From: Phoronis australis
Taxonomy: Eukaryota; Animalia; Phoronida
Length of the DNA: 64,000 nt
Assembly (NCBI GenBank): GCA_002633005.1
Contig: NMRA01000008.1
Span: 1,871,456 to 1,935,455 of the forward strand
Direction: 5' to 3'
The notes under the pieces are model-generated. The model saw only the letters and a list, made by a program, of their open reading frames with translations. It ran no database searches and had not been told where the DNA came from. Below are positions 50,715-63,341 of this stretch, one piece after another. Positions within the stretch are counted from its first letter, which is position 1. The number at the start of each line of letters is the position of its first letter. A program made the translations under genes and the position numbers.

Positions 50715-51173
50715 GGCCCATTCATACTAACATCAACCTCAAGGCATGTTTTGGTCAGTATGGACATTTAACTTTGGTCCTGCATCAAAATTAACAGCGC
50801 TAATTAACTTTGCAATAAACAGGTGGATTTACAGCGGGCGTCAACGCTGTGGTGCGTCAACGCTGTGGTCCGGTATGAACTGTCAACTTTGGTCCCATCG
50901 AAGTTATCGCCAGGGCTCACTGTCATTGTCAACAATTACAAGGAAGTGTCATCGCTAATAATTGCTTATATTTTGCTCGAAGAATCACCATTGGAATTAG
51001 AAATAAGTTTTACGTCAAATAGCACATGTAAATATTGCCAAATTGTCACATTTAAAAAATCTTAGCAAGCACACGATGCATCAGCGCTACAGATTACTTC
51101 TATGACGACAGAGTCAAGAGTCACCAACTATTTACTTCGATGTCCATTAATTACTGAAGCCAGTATGAATGGC
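50715..51173. mobile_element. Second copy of the PIF/Harbinger-like MITE family
   Basis: Ends GGCCCATTCATACT / AGTATGAATGGC. Shares ATCGAAGTTATCGCCAGG, TGCTTATATTTTGCTC, TAGCACATGTAAA, AAAAAATCTTAGC and GTCACCAACT with 43404-43798. Confidence 0.7.
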
Positions 51174-53490
51174 TGAAACTAAGCTCTCTTCAGCAACATT
51201 AAACAACGTTAAACTTGATTTTCTCAGTGTGACCTTGACATCAACATTAAATATCCTACAGCCTTCAGTTACTTGCTAACGCACAGCTCAATTTCGTTTG
51301 ACAAAACCTCAAAATGTTAGTTTTTTTAAATTATCGTTTCGTTTTCATTTTTTCGTAAAAATCCCGAAGTCCTATATCCTGATAGTCCCTCATGCACAAA
51401 GTGGAACATTCCAAAACAATTCCTAACAGCGTTATGTGTCACAGTTCATACAGCGAAGTATCCGAAAAATTCGTATGGATCCTGGTCACCTATTTCTGAG
51501 ATATGATGATAGCCGAATTTGGACAAGGTACTCTCATACCCTTACGTCTACACATTAAGATTGCTTCATAATGCGACTTTTGGACCAGCAATCTACACGC
51601 TCCTGATATCGTGTATGAATTTTTCAAAAACTAGTGCGTTGCATAAGATGATCATACACGAAGTCAAATATGAAAAAAGCTGAGTGAACAGCGCATTTGC
51701 CTGTCCCCAACAATTTCTGTATCTCCTCTCTGTCAACAATGGTTGGCATGCTTGTAATGGGCTTATGTTGATTAAAACATAGCCTTACACTTGTAATTCA
51801 CTGATTAGACATACTTGCACTAATCTTGCCAGTCTGACACTCCTTACTCTATATGACAGAAAAACAGTCAACTTCAAGTTCCTTCCATACTTCCAAGCCA
51901 GCATTTTCTTATCTCCACTTCCCAAACCAGGTCACTGAAGTTCACAACAGGGCACACACACCCATGACAAATACAGCGATGTCATCAACCCATAAAAGCC
52001 AGACAGGCTGCCCATTAATCATCCAGGTCGACAAGCTGAAACTTAACACACAATATGTATTCATAAACCAAGCCACCTCAGTTTTTACCTGTGTCTTACA
52101 CATGGGCACAACGCACTCGCTCGGCAAACAGGGGCACACTTTAAGCAAACAAGGGAGCGCTCATTCATGAGATTACGATAGAACCGTAGTAAAAAAATAC
52201 GAGTACAGTCCCCTTTCGCTTGATAATCAGCTTTTCATTCACTCCTTTGCATACCTTCGCTGGTAAGACCGAGCTCAGTACGGTAGTGAGATATAACTGT
52301 GCGTTGACTTTAGCACAAGAAATAGTAATCGTTATGGGTGTTGATGCCTCTCATACTTCAACACTCTAAAGCATGATCATTCAACCATTTTCCAACAGGG
52401 GGCACCTTGCTAGGTTGAAGACGCAGTTTACCTACTTGTCAACTATGTAGTAAAATCTCATCAATTTTGGACAAAAATGCCAAAATAAACCTTTTCGAAG
52501 GCTTCAAACTTTGTGGTTAATGGCGACAACTTTGCAAAATATTGTTTGACATTGGGTACGGTACCAACAGAACAAAAACATGACAAACATGAATTTGATA
52601 TTGCATTTTTATGTAAAAATTAGAAAATAAAATGTCACTTGTCTACCATATCATGCCCTAAATTGGGGAGACTTTATTGAACCGGGAAGTTCTAGCATTT
52701 GCTGTCTAGCTAGTGCATGGTCTTTCAAAGCTAGAAAGATACACTGCAAGGTATTATGTTGAGCCAAAGGTGTTCAAATGGATGCCTCCACAGTCTGTTA
52801 TAACGCTTATGCTTGCTTCTATGAACCAACAACCTCAATTGTTGATATTTAGCACTGCATCAGACATATGCAAATAGCCACATATTCAGAATATCACAGC
52901 GCCATCTCTAATCCCGTGGTATTTACCCACGATTCTGTGCATCAGTGGAGCACTTGTCTCACTGGTATACACTTCTGCCATGCTAATCAAAATTATTTTG
53001 CATTAAGATTAGTTTGCCATACTGATGATCCAAGTTTTACAGTTGTATAGTCAAGTGAGTTGCAAAGCAGACACTATCAATCTAAAAACCCGAATGCGGC
53101 ACAATAAATCTTAATTTGTCCGAAACAGCTCCTCAGAAGTGTTAGAGGCGATATCTTTTGAAACCCAGGTCAATCATTCGATGCACTTTTCGTTCCGCAC
53201 AGGAGAGTGGGTAATTTAACGCCGTTTACGCTGGCCAACTAAGTCAATTTTTAACCTCAATTTGTCTGTCCGACATGGATCCTCAGAAGCGTATAAGCAC
53301 CAGTATGCCGGTGTCATAAAAAGGCAAACATGCTGGCATTGTTGGAGAAATAAATTCAAACTGAAAAATTTTGGATATTGAGAATGGACAAAAAAGAAGT
53401 AGTGGTAATGTATGGCACTCTAGCAAAAAAATTTTAAACAATCTATAATTTCAGATTTTCGATCAACTACGGTAGATCTAAAAGTCCAAT

Positions 53491-53562
53491 ATTACCATGA
53501 GCATGAAAAAACAACCATTACCATGAGCACGACAAAACAACCATTACCATGAGCATGAAAAA
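53491..53562. repeat. Tandem repeat, 26 bp x ~2.8
   Basis: Unit ATTACCATGAGCAYGAMAAAACAACC. Confidence 0.85.
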
Positions 53563-54034
53563 AATAATTATTAAAATCTCCTTGTCTATGAAATCCAGTC
53601 ACGCTGTATAAGGGCTTTTCTTACAACAAAACTACATGACTTCCGATACACAATACCCAAAACACCTGCCAGTTTTAAATTACTGGTGTGAGTTAAAAGG
53701 TGAAGCATCCAAGTTTCCCTTGCTTCAAAGTAACACACTGAAACCCACTCAGTTGACCTTCAGATAGCACTTAACATTAGCAGACACTAATTAGACGAAG
53801 GGTAAAACATTAAAAGCACAAAAATTGTCAAAACCTTGTTCATATCTAAGAGAATGAAGGGGACTGACTAAATTGAAGAAAACTTGATGATGAATTTATG
53901 CAAATCAGCGTAAAACCGAACAAGAAGTCTCGCAAAGACCTGGCCAAAAAGCCACCTATTGTGTTTGTACTCGTCAAAGAAGCATGGTTTTGTGGACATG
54001 ATCAGGGTAATGGTTGGATATAACATGCCCAAAT

Positions 54035-54090
54035 TTTTTTGAGAACCAGTTTTCTCCACTGAATAACGAGCATCAAACTGGTTCTCAAAA
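54035..54090. mobile_element. Single-arm copy of the palindromic MITE family
   Basis: TTTTGAGAACCAGTTTTCTCCACTGAATAACGAGCATCAAACTGGTTCTCAAAA matches the arm of 39437-39626. Confidence 0.7.
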
Positions 54091-54551
54091 TACTGCCATG
54101 CTACATTCGACTATTGCAGACATCAGAATAGGACTCCATCATCTTTCTAAAAGTCACTGAGTGATCCCAAACAATAATATTTTGCAAGGACTGATGGAGC
54201 CATTTTCCTTGTTTTCAGCAATTACTTGTCAACGTATTTGATGGAATATAGACTACAGTAACTATTATTTTCATTTCTCATAAACCTAAATAAGTCAAAA
54301 ATGAATTAGATAAGTCTCTCTTCAAAATGGCTTCAAAATTGGTTACGGCAGACATTTTCAAAAGGGACCCATTGACTTGTACTCTTAAATAATGATCCAA
54401 TGACAATAACAAACTTAGCCAGTTTCACAACACCTTTTATTGCGTCAGAAACCAGCTCAATATCACAAACACTCGATCAAATTCCCGTTGTGTGGACCAG
54501 AACAATCGACACATTGAGTCATGACTTCAATTGGTAACTGGTTACTTTTTA

Positions 54552-54600
54552 CACTGCTGGTGCCTGGGGCATGATATCATGCCCCCTGGTGCCAGCAGTG
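54552..54600. mobile_element. 49-bp near-perfect palindrome, piggyBac-like mini element
   Basis: TTTA|CACTGCTGGTGCCTGGGGCATGAT-ATCATGCCCCCTGGTGCCAGCAGTG|TTAA. Confidence 0.5.
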
Positions 54601-55553
54601 TTAAAATGGACAGTTGCTGGTGAGGGCAACTCAATGCTGGACTGCTCGAAAAACAAGTTTGATTGCGGGAGTATTTGTTTAAGATGGGAAGAGATAAAGA
54701 CATCAGCATACTCCTAAGGTGTCCCGTTATGCATAAAAATTACTTATAGCTGCTTGATTTTTGAAAGCTTGCGGCATATGGTGGCTCTATGCCATCGGAT
54801 GGCCACCAGCTTCTCTCACTACTGGGGCCAGTTGAGACGGTGAACGTTACTGTCTAGGGCTTCGAAAGAACCAACAATTCCCACAGAGGCAGTCAATGTG
54901 ATTCAGGATAGGAGTATTTGGAGTATTTTCAATTCTGCACCACATTTTCATCATTTTGATATAAATTTGGGTGTCAGAGAGTTAATTTTGATGAAAGTTT
55001 CAGTAGATGATAATACTCTGCAGGCAAAGGGGCACGTTTGGGGCACATTTCCGATCAAAACTCCTGAGCACCGGACCGGAGGGATATAGCGATCCGTAAT
55101 TTAGAGAATCAGGCAATCACTGAATACCCGGCCCGTTATCCAGTGGACGAAACTGGTCCTCTAAACCTGGGACCGCTATGAATGACCGTCCAAGCCAGAC
55201 AGCTAGCGGAGCCGGAGCCAGTGAGTGACAAGACCATTATTTGCGCAAAATATTAGTTAGTCCAAAACTAATCGGTCAGTGACTTGTAAAGATTTTGTTA
55301 GGTCTATCCGATGGCCGATAATCTCCAAATGTCACATGCACTCGGCTTTTTAGTTTACTCGGTCCGGCAGTTACAAGTTTACGATCGCCGCCAAAAAGGC
55401 ATCGGCGCACGAATGTTTTTCAGCACAAAAGTAAACCTGATAGAAGCTACTCTTCAAACCGGTGAATCTGTATGTCATGAGTGATTTATACAATCAAACT
55501 CTAATCCTATAATGACCGAGTCGACAACACGGCGTCGAAAACGGAGGTTAGTC

Positions 55554-55830
55554 ACTTACGAAAAGTCAGCAGGTCAATGTTGTAAACGACTCGCCGAGCA
55601 AGACGGTCAAAACCGGTCAATTTATCTAAGCGATATTCTGGCAACTGAGGGTTACAGCATGCAGATTCGCCAAAATAAAGCAGAACAAAGCGTACCTGAA
55701 GTGCGATGTCACGCCCTAGGAGAAGTCGTGATTCCAACACAAAGTGAAATTGACAATTCAGGAGTGAATCAACAACGCCCAACAAGACGGCAGCCCGCTA
55801 AGCGATGTGCAGCCTGCGTCGAGTGATTGA
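55554..55830 (-). promoter_or_regulatory. Candidate promoter / non-coding first exon of the hillarin-like gene
   Basis: CpG-rich block ~55050-55830 with a minus-strand consensus donor C|GTAAGT at 55560/55559. The first coding exon has an acceptor (45473) that needs an upstream donor. Confidence 0.45.
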
Positions 55831-58542
55831 CCCGAGCTATTTAGTATGTCAGGCTGGTTTCCTGTCTGAACTCTAGGAGGCGTTATACTACAATAGTTGT
55901 CTTATTCAACAAGATCTGAGGCAGTGAGACGAACAGGCACAAAACCGGGTGGGGAGCAAAGCTACGGGAAATTACTTGCGAAATGTTTCTCTTTTGGGTT
56001 GATTATCAAGCTATTTGAGAGTTTTCCCGCATCCTGCCACACCATCGAAGTGTTTCGTTTCGGACACAGCCGGCGAAATTGACTTATTGTCATACATATT
56101 TTAAATTCTTCACCAATTGAAACTAAAATATGTGTACCGTTCCTTGTTTTCCAACTAATTGAAATCTACTATAATCAGAAAAATATAATTATCACCAACA
56201 TAGTTTAACTTCTTTGACGAAAACACTGACTGGGGGCTCACAGAGAATAATGTGCACGTTTATGTGTATGGTTGTCCCGAAGTTGCGGGGCAAAAAGTCT
56301 TGTTTTTGAACTCATAAGTAGTCGCGTGAAGATTTTTTTCCCACTAAATGTTATTTTTCATCATTGTATAAAGTGCTAAAGTCTTGTAAATGTACATGTC
56401 GGGTTCTGCAGTTCAGTAAATATTGTTGTAGCAATATCGTTTAATTGTAGTGCAGCATTGAAATTGTAGGTCTATTGGCATTTGCGTTGCGTACTTTCCT
56501 GATGGTAACGTGTGTCTAATCTGTGTAATGGGCATTAATATATGCAGGTAAATTACAAGGAATGTAAACACTGATGTTTTGCTTATGGTCTGTATGACAT
56601 GTATGATCTCAGTGATTTTAATAGTTAGATTTACCCCTTTTTGTACTATTTAGGTGCGTGTTTTTTGTTCTTGCGGTTCGAAATAATGAACAAACACCGT
56701 ATAATTACACGCGTCTCATTTCTCTGCATCAACACACGCCCTATTACATGGACAGGCATTTTACCAAAAGCACAATATCAGTAGCGACAACACTCATGCA
56801 GCTAATTTCCCAGATTGTCCCCCTCCCCTCGATCCGCCCACACCCCCTCAATTAGGGATCAGCCTCCCTGCAACCCCGAAACGCAGCAGACATGCATAAC
56901 AGTACGAACTGTTTTTCTTATTTCATGCCACTGGTATGCCAAAATGTACTTAAGTCGAATATTCGCTAGTGAAATGGCATTCCTTTAAATTCATGCTTGT
57001 TGTATGTTACTCAGTGACACTGATTGAGAAAGGATCTCTTATTCAACTATTAATTACCTGTCCATATAAATGGATCGTCCTCCTTGCAGTCAGCTGGCGA
57101 AAATTTCCCTTGCCCAAACGTCTAGCTAATGTCCAAGTTCTCTTACAAGAGCACAATAGCCCATTCACTTCAGTGGTCTTCATGAACTGCATGACTAAGT
57201 GTGTTATCCATTAATGATACCCCAGTTACGTCATAACCAAACTAGCCTTTCAGCTGTCATTACAGACCTAATGGTAGTGTATAGTTAGAGCCATTTTGTC
57301 TGATTTAGCTGGCTAAATACGAAAATCGAATTAGTCCTAAATTACGATCACGAAAATGTTCTCATAATATTCCTAAAGTGATAGGATTCCGTTCGTGTTA
57401 TCAACTCATTTTCCGGAGTTCGCAATTTTAGAAGGATTGGTCAAACTCAATAAACTGCGAAGCGTTTTCTTGAGTCGCCGGTAGTTTCGGTGTTATTGTT
57501 ATTGTTGATTACCGGATATAGAATCCTATCAAGAAAAACAATGAGTTGACAACATCACTAAGCAGTGATTAATTGACATTACCGTCGTTATTTTTATATT
57601 TGAAAGAAATATTATTCTTACTGCATTCATCAATATTCCGAGGAATCGTAGGCAGCCTCTTGTCCGGAACGGAACGCGCAGGTGAGAGGCGATAACGAAA
57701 GCTTTTGAAAACGCGATCCTTCAGTCGTTCCACTGAATAAAAATACCATACCTCGTATTGATAACAAATTCAGCTTGGCGTGATATTCATGTTGATCATA
57801 CCAATTTATACGCAACAGGATGTTTAATAGTTTGACATTATTGATTTTCATAAATTTTTACTCTGTTGGTTGACACATGCGTTGTGCTTAATGGTACTTC
57901 ATTGTTCTTTACTAAGTTCGCCCATTCCACATCCCAGTATTTTGTGATCACTTTTCCTTAGGTTCTTATGTTTTTTACGATATTTTTATGTCAATTGCAA
58001 ACAACAACGTTCTGGCCATCACTAAAAGTTGAACAGTGGAAATAGAATAAAATTTCAACGTAGATGCATGAAGCTTTTTCCGGCGCAGCTCGTGAGTTCC
58101 TTGCGTAGAAAAATCGGGATACTTATTACACATTGATCTAATTTTCACGGTAACTCTTCGGAAATTCGCTTCGTAATATCTTTTTGAAAATCTCCCCTCT
58201 CCACAAAGTCTGACAGCTTGTAGACCCCCCCCCCTCCCCCTCCGGTCAACACAATTTTCATCCCTTGCCTCCACAATTCTGAAGTAGAAGCCTTCACCAA
58301 AAGATTAAACAATATTCTCCACACCTTATCGCTCGCCAACATTTTTTGCCAAGCAAGTTTTGCAAGAGGGACAACTGTGGCCACGAGGTTGAGCATCTGG
58401 TATGTGGGGTGCCTTAGTTGTGGCTAAGATAACTTAACGCATACGTGAATTAAGAGCCTCACTTCGGATACGACCAAAAGCAATCAGCATGATGGCTTTA
58501 AGGGCTTACGCGGAAATTTCCTTACAAAACTGTGGTTGTCCC

Positions 58543-58623
58543 CAATGGCGGATTTAGAGAGGGGGGGCAAGGCCTCCACAAAACTCTCCCAGATTCCATT
58601 TGGCAGTTCGGGGGTGCGAATGT
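58543..58623. mobile_element. Truncated left end of the 44388 MITE family
   Basis: CAATGGCGGATTTAGA...CCAGATTCCATT.GGCAGTTCGGGGGTGCGAATGT, shared with 44388-44478. Confidence 0.75.
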
Positions 58624-59313
58624 TTGTAAGTTAGTGGTCAAAATCAAAACAGATGACGGTTTATGTCCGATTTAGTTACAAGAATGCATCCAATGGCCTG
58701 GAACCTATAGCTATAAATTATCCCCTATTCGAATGGCTTCTTTCATTGATGGTTCCCCAACCAGTAGAGCTGAAACTACCACCAACTAAGAAAAAAACAC
58801 AATTTTTTAACTCAGTTGAGGAAGCCTAGACCAGGAAGTTGCTGTATTTAACAATGAACCATTTTTATCACTGAAACGGAGGCATTTAAGTTTCAGCATT
58901 ATTTAAATGGTTTAAAGTATGGTACATATTTCCATAAAGTGCTAAGTCGCCCACAAGTCATTTTACCATAACTCTTCAGGGAACAAACAGGAGAATCGCG
59001 ATATTTGTTTTTACAAGATATTCGTTTCTAGGCAAGACTTGTCTTTTCTTTCAGAGAAAAAATGAATCCAGGAGCCAAAAACCGAAACTAAACTTAACTC
59101 GGCTTAGCATCCCAGGGTCTCTGAGTGACAAGTTCTTGTTTTTAATCAAATAATGCAATTCACAGATGGCTACATATATTGTCAACTTTCCAATCAATTT
59201 AATAATATACTAGATGAAGAATTGTAATTTTGCTTAGTTCCACATATCCCGCATGGTTAACATTGGTGTGGTGTGGGCGTGTTAGTGACCAACTCACAAG
59301 GTGACCAGCGCAA

Positions 59314-59413
59314 TGGACCCACATGAGCGATATGTGCACATCTGGTACAGCGTGTACCAAAGGTGGACCCACCTGAGCGATACGCGTACCTCTGGTACAC
59401 ACTGTACCAGACC
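59314..59413. repeat. 50-bp tandem dimer forming a 24-bp hairpin
   Basis: TGGACCCAC.TGAGCGATA.G.G.AC.TCTGGTACA...TGTACCA.A occurs twice (59314, 59364). 59341-59364 pairs with 59388-59411. Confidence 0.85.
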
Positions 59414-60065
59414 GCGGGCAATTATTTCTTTACTCACAAGGAACAAAGTTACTAAGCATATGTGGGAAACAAAAACGACAAATTACAGTAAAAATTCATA
59501 TTTACAAGAAAAAAAATTGGAATTACAAGAGTACAAGTTGAGTACACAATTTCTACATTCCTAAAATACCAACCCTAAGGATAAACAGTCACAATGGACC
59601 AAAAATACACAAACAATAAGAATCTACCAGTGATTAACTTCATTCTACTAGTTCTGAGTAGCTGGCACTGAATGTATTCTCCCCTGCAACATTTTTGATG
59701 AAATTTAGATAACAGGTGATTTATAAACGGACTTGTAAGATAAGCTGAGATTTCGACAGAGCGCCTGCAGCAACAATTGTAGAGACTGAGCCTGCATTGA
59801 AATGTCTTTTATTCTAAATGAAATAAATATTCAGTTTGTTTTAAAACTTTCTGCATTTTACAGTCAGTCGAGCAAGGGGAAAGCAAATGAATTTGGAAAA
59901 CATATTAACCAGACCTTCTCTCTCTGTCCGAAGTTAACTTATGAGGAGATAAATTTACCTCTTTACGAAATCAAGAAAACTTTAGCAAGAGTTCATTGCA
60001 AACATTTCCTGTGTTATTAATGTAGCATACAACCGCCTTGTTTCCGCGAGCAACACCTGGTAGTT

Positions 60066-63000
60066 TTAATCACTTTCACTACCACTCTGTCCACTCTCGC
60101 CCTCCTTAACGTCAACTGTGAACTTGTATTCCTGGTCGCATCCCATGTACGAGTCGCTCATGAAGAACAGCACGTAGTTGTGCTTGCCAACAGAGGGCGC
60201 CACAAAGTCCAGTTTGACCTTTGCCTTCTGCTGCAGCGTGAGCCGCTTGATCGAGATGAGCGAGTTCGACTTCGGGTCACCAATGACAACCCACCAACCT
60301 TCTTCGCGTTTCTGAAAACAGAACACAATAAATGCATGTATAATTCCTCCAATATATATAAATCTACAACAAACCTCGCATACGTCAAATGCGAGTTAGT
60401 CAGATCTTTGCCTACCAGAGACAAAATTCAGGTTACATTTGTTTTAGTTCTTGCAGACCTTAAGTCAGATTTCACCATCTGTTTCCCGAACATAATTTCT
60501 TTGTCTGGTTGGACCCGACTTAAACGAGGTTTACTGCACTAGAAAATGACGCGATTTTTTGACCGACAGAACTAGTTTGTGAAGGTTTCTGAAGTCTTGT
60601 GCATTTCTTGCAAATTGGAACAGGCTGAGTGAGAAGGACAGGAAAGTAGTGCCTTTCAAAACTTGACATGTTTTCCTTTAAAGTTATATTGAGGGCCACT
60701 TTGGCAAATCAAAATAAGCCAACTTCAAAGTAAGATTAATTAGAGGGAAACCGCTGAAGCCAAAAATAACACATAATATCCGTACTGACCACACCATAAG
60801 CACAGAAGGCATGAAGTGTATACCTGACTTATTTCACCCAACTCAATTTTGACCGGCGCAAAATTAAATCAAAACATTCGACATACATAATTGAGACATA
60901 CGTCAAAGCAGAATAAATAAAGTTTATAACAATAAGTCTAGTCACAAGCAACCAATAACCTCTACCTAGTTTTAAGTATAGTCATATTAAATCAAAAATG
61001 CCAACTTGCACCTCTAAAACGAAGACATGGGTTTTCAAAAACAGTGCTTATGTGACTTCGAACTGAACACGGAGACAACGCAAAGACAAATGCAGCAGAC
61101 CGCGTGCGTGGGACTGACCTGAGGGAACAGTGGAGCGATCACAGGACCAGCTATCTCATCTTCTCTCTCCAGATGCACTGACACATTCACAGCTGACCCA
61201 CTGTAATGGCAATACAGAAAATGGTCACAATGTTGAAAATTACACACATGATGCCAGATGGCCAAACACTAAATACATAAACAGAACAGCACCATAATCT
61301 GCAACCAATGTTGATAAAGCATCATTTGAAATTTAAAGAATCTGCACCATTAAAACCATTATTCACCAATTTACCATAATACTTAACAAATGTTGTGAGC
61401 TGGGATTTAATGTTTCTTAAAAGAAAAGGTATAAATGCATATTGTAATCAGGTTTCATACAAACTGACTGTCTTATACTCTGCTCACATTGCAAAGAATT
61501 GGACACCAAATTGGAGATCCTAGTTCGTTCCTTCAAAACAGCAGAATTTTCCAGACTTTATTTCATTCTTTGAGCGAATTGACTTGCAAACCGCAGAAAC
61601 TCTCAAACCTTGGCCTTCACGTACCTGTGAATACTGTCTTTGTTGGCTACATCATACGTCAGCTCAATGTTGGGATATCTGTTACAGAAGCGAGCGACGT
61701 CCGCCATCTGAGACTCCGTCAACTGAAGAAGGCTGTTGCGATCTTCATCTTCCATTTCCATGACATCAAAGATGGTATCGATTTCCTAAACACAAATCTT
61801 GAGCAATGAATGGATGACAATGTGGTCAGGTTTCAGTTCTGGGTTAATCTTGACGAAATCTGGAAATGTGTTGCTCCATGCACTTTGCCAAAATTGCAAC
61901 TGCTTACTGTGCAACTACATTCATAAATGCACAGTTAGTATCTAGGTGCAATAGCACCACATTCAACTCTCGATTAAGTCTGAAAAAAATCTTCTATTGC
62001 GACAAAAGTTTGAATTAAGCACTATATAATTCTGGTAAGAAGTGTGTCTACATTTGCCAGAGTCTGACCAGTTCTGTTAAAGTCGTCTACACTATTTTGA
62101 AAATTACTGGTCTTAACAAAACAACACGCAACCGTACCTTCTCAGTGCAGCGCTTGATGATGTCGCCAGTGAAGTGTGGCAATTGTTTTAGATACGAGTC
62201 TTTACTCCACATCGCCTGGGTAACCATCTGCGCCAACTCCATGGCAGCGAGAGCTGGCGACAACCAACCATTACTGCTCAACACATCCACACAAGCTTGG
62301 ATCAACCGAATTGCCTGGAAAAGGACTATTACGTTTAATGAGGTGTCCGGGCATGAATTGCCAACAGGGGGACAACACACAGGTGATGTCCACGATGGGC
62401 TTACTGCAAGAGTCCAGCAGTGTCCTACATACATCAGGGATTGTAAAAATGACAATGTACCACAAGTTATGCAGTACAAGTCAAACGTGTTCTGAATCAG
62501 GTAAAGTAACCCAGAATTCCCTGTCATGATGGCCAGATGGGAAGCCCACTTCGTAGTCAGAGTAGCCTTCACTCATGACCGAGAATTAAGGGGAATTAAT
62601 GGGGGAAGTTATGAAGGTGGCTGTGCCATTCTGTAAGAAGAATCTTGCCACCACAGCAGTTACTACCAATCAGTTTTAAGGTAAAACTTGTCCTGTGTCT
62701 TGACAACGACATGCCAACAACAGACATACCTAGAGTGTGCATGAGGTACCTACGTAACTATCAGCACTAAAGAGATCAAGCAGCAGAGGTTAGGAGTCTG
62801 AATCAATGCACGCAGGATTTGAACTTAAATCATAATCTCACACGCCTATTGCAGCGTCTAACCACTGAGACTTGGAGCAAAACCAATACGCTAAAGGTAC
62901 TTCACAGGCATGACACAAGATTAAAATAAAAATTTACAAGCCTTAACATTTCTGTGTTTCTTGTTTCCAAGCCTACAACCACAAATGACAAATTCGCAAA

Positions 63001-63341
63001 CATTTTGACCCCTTAGCTTGCGCTAAATTCTATCCCTGGCCTGAAAATCCCAGCAAACACACGAGCAACACTGACCTTTGCCAATATTTCCTCAGTGTCT
63101 GACTGCAGCTCTGCCGAGAGCTGGATCCGAGACAAGTGGGCCTGCATGAGCAAGTTGGTCTTGACGTGAGGGTCGTTGAACTTGGCGTTGTTCAGCTTGT
63201 TGGGTAGACGGCTGGACAGTTGACGGAGGATGGAGTCCTCGTTGTGTCGGATGGGGATGCTGGAGTACTCCGCAGCATTCGAGATGATCTCAATCAAGCC
63301 GCGGATCTTGGTCTTAGCGTTCAAAGACATGCTGAACAGCT
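60066..63341 (-). CDS. SNRNP200: U5 snRNP 200 kDa helicase (Brr2), C-terminal Sec63 unit; partial, gene continues beyond the window
   Basis: Exons 63341-63076, 62314-62138, 61785-61625, 61200-61119, 60311-60066. Near-invariant peptides: [131 protein letters not shown]. Confidence 0.98.
62812..62875 (-). mobile_element. tRNA-derived SINE-like head in a SNRNP200 intron
   Basis: Minus strand has A-box-like TCAGTGGTTAGA and B-box GTTCAAATCC at tRNA-like spacing. No intact cloverleaf. Confidence 0.4.

Noticed and set aside
52891-52912. TATCACAGC, resembling the miR-2 family 5' end
   Set aside because: Similarity stops after 9 nt and I saw no precursor hairpin.
57975-58396. Two overlapping minus-strand ORFs (83 and 99 aa)
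   Set aside because: No recognisable domain; they cross a G-run typical of repeat remnants and have no supported splice partners.
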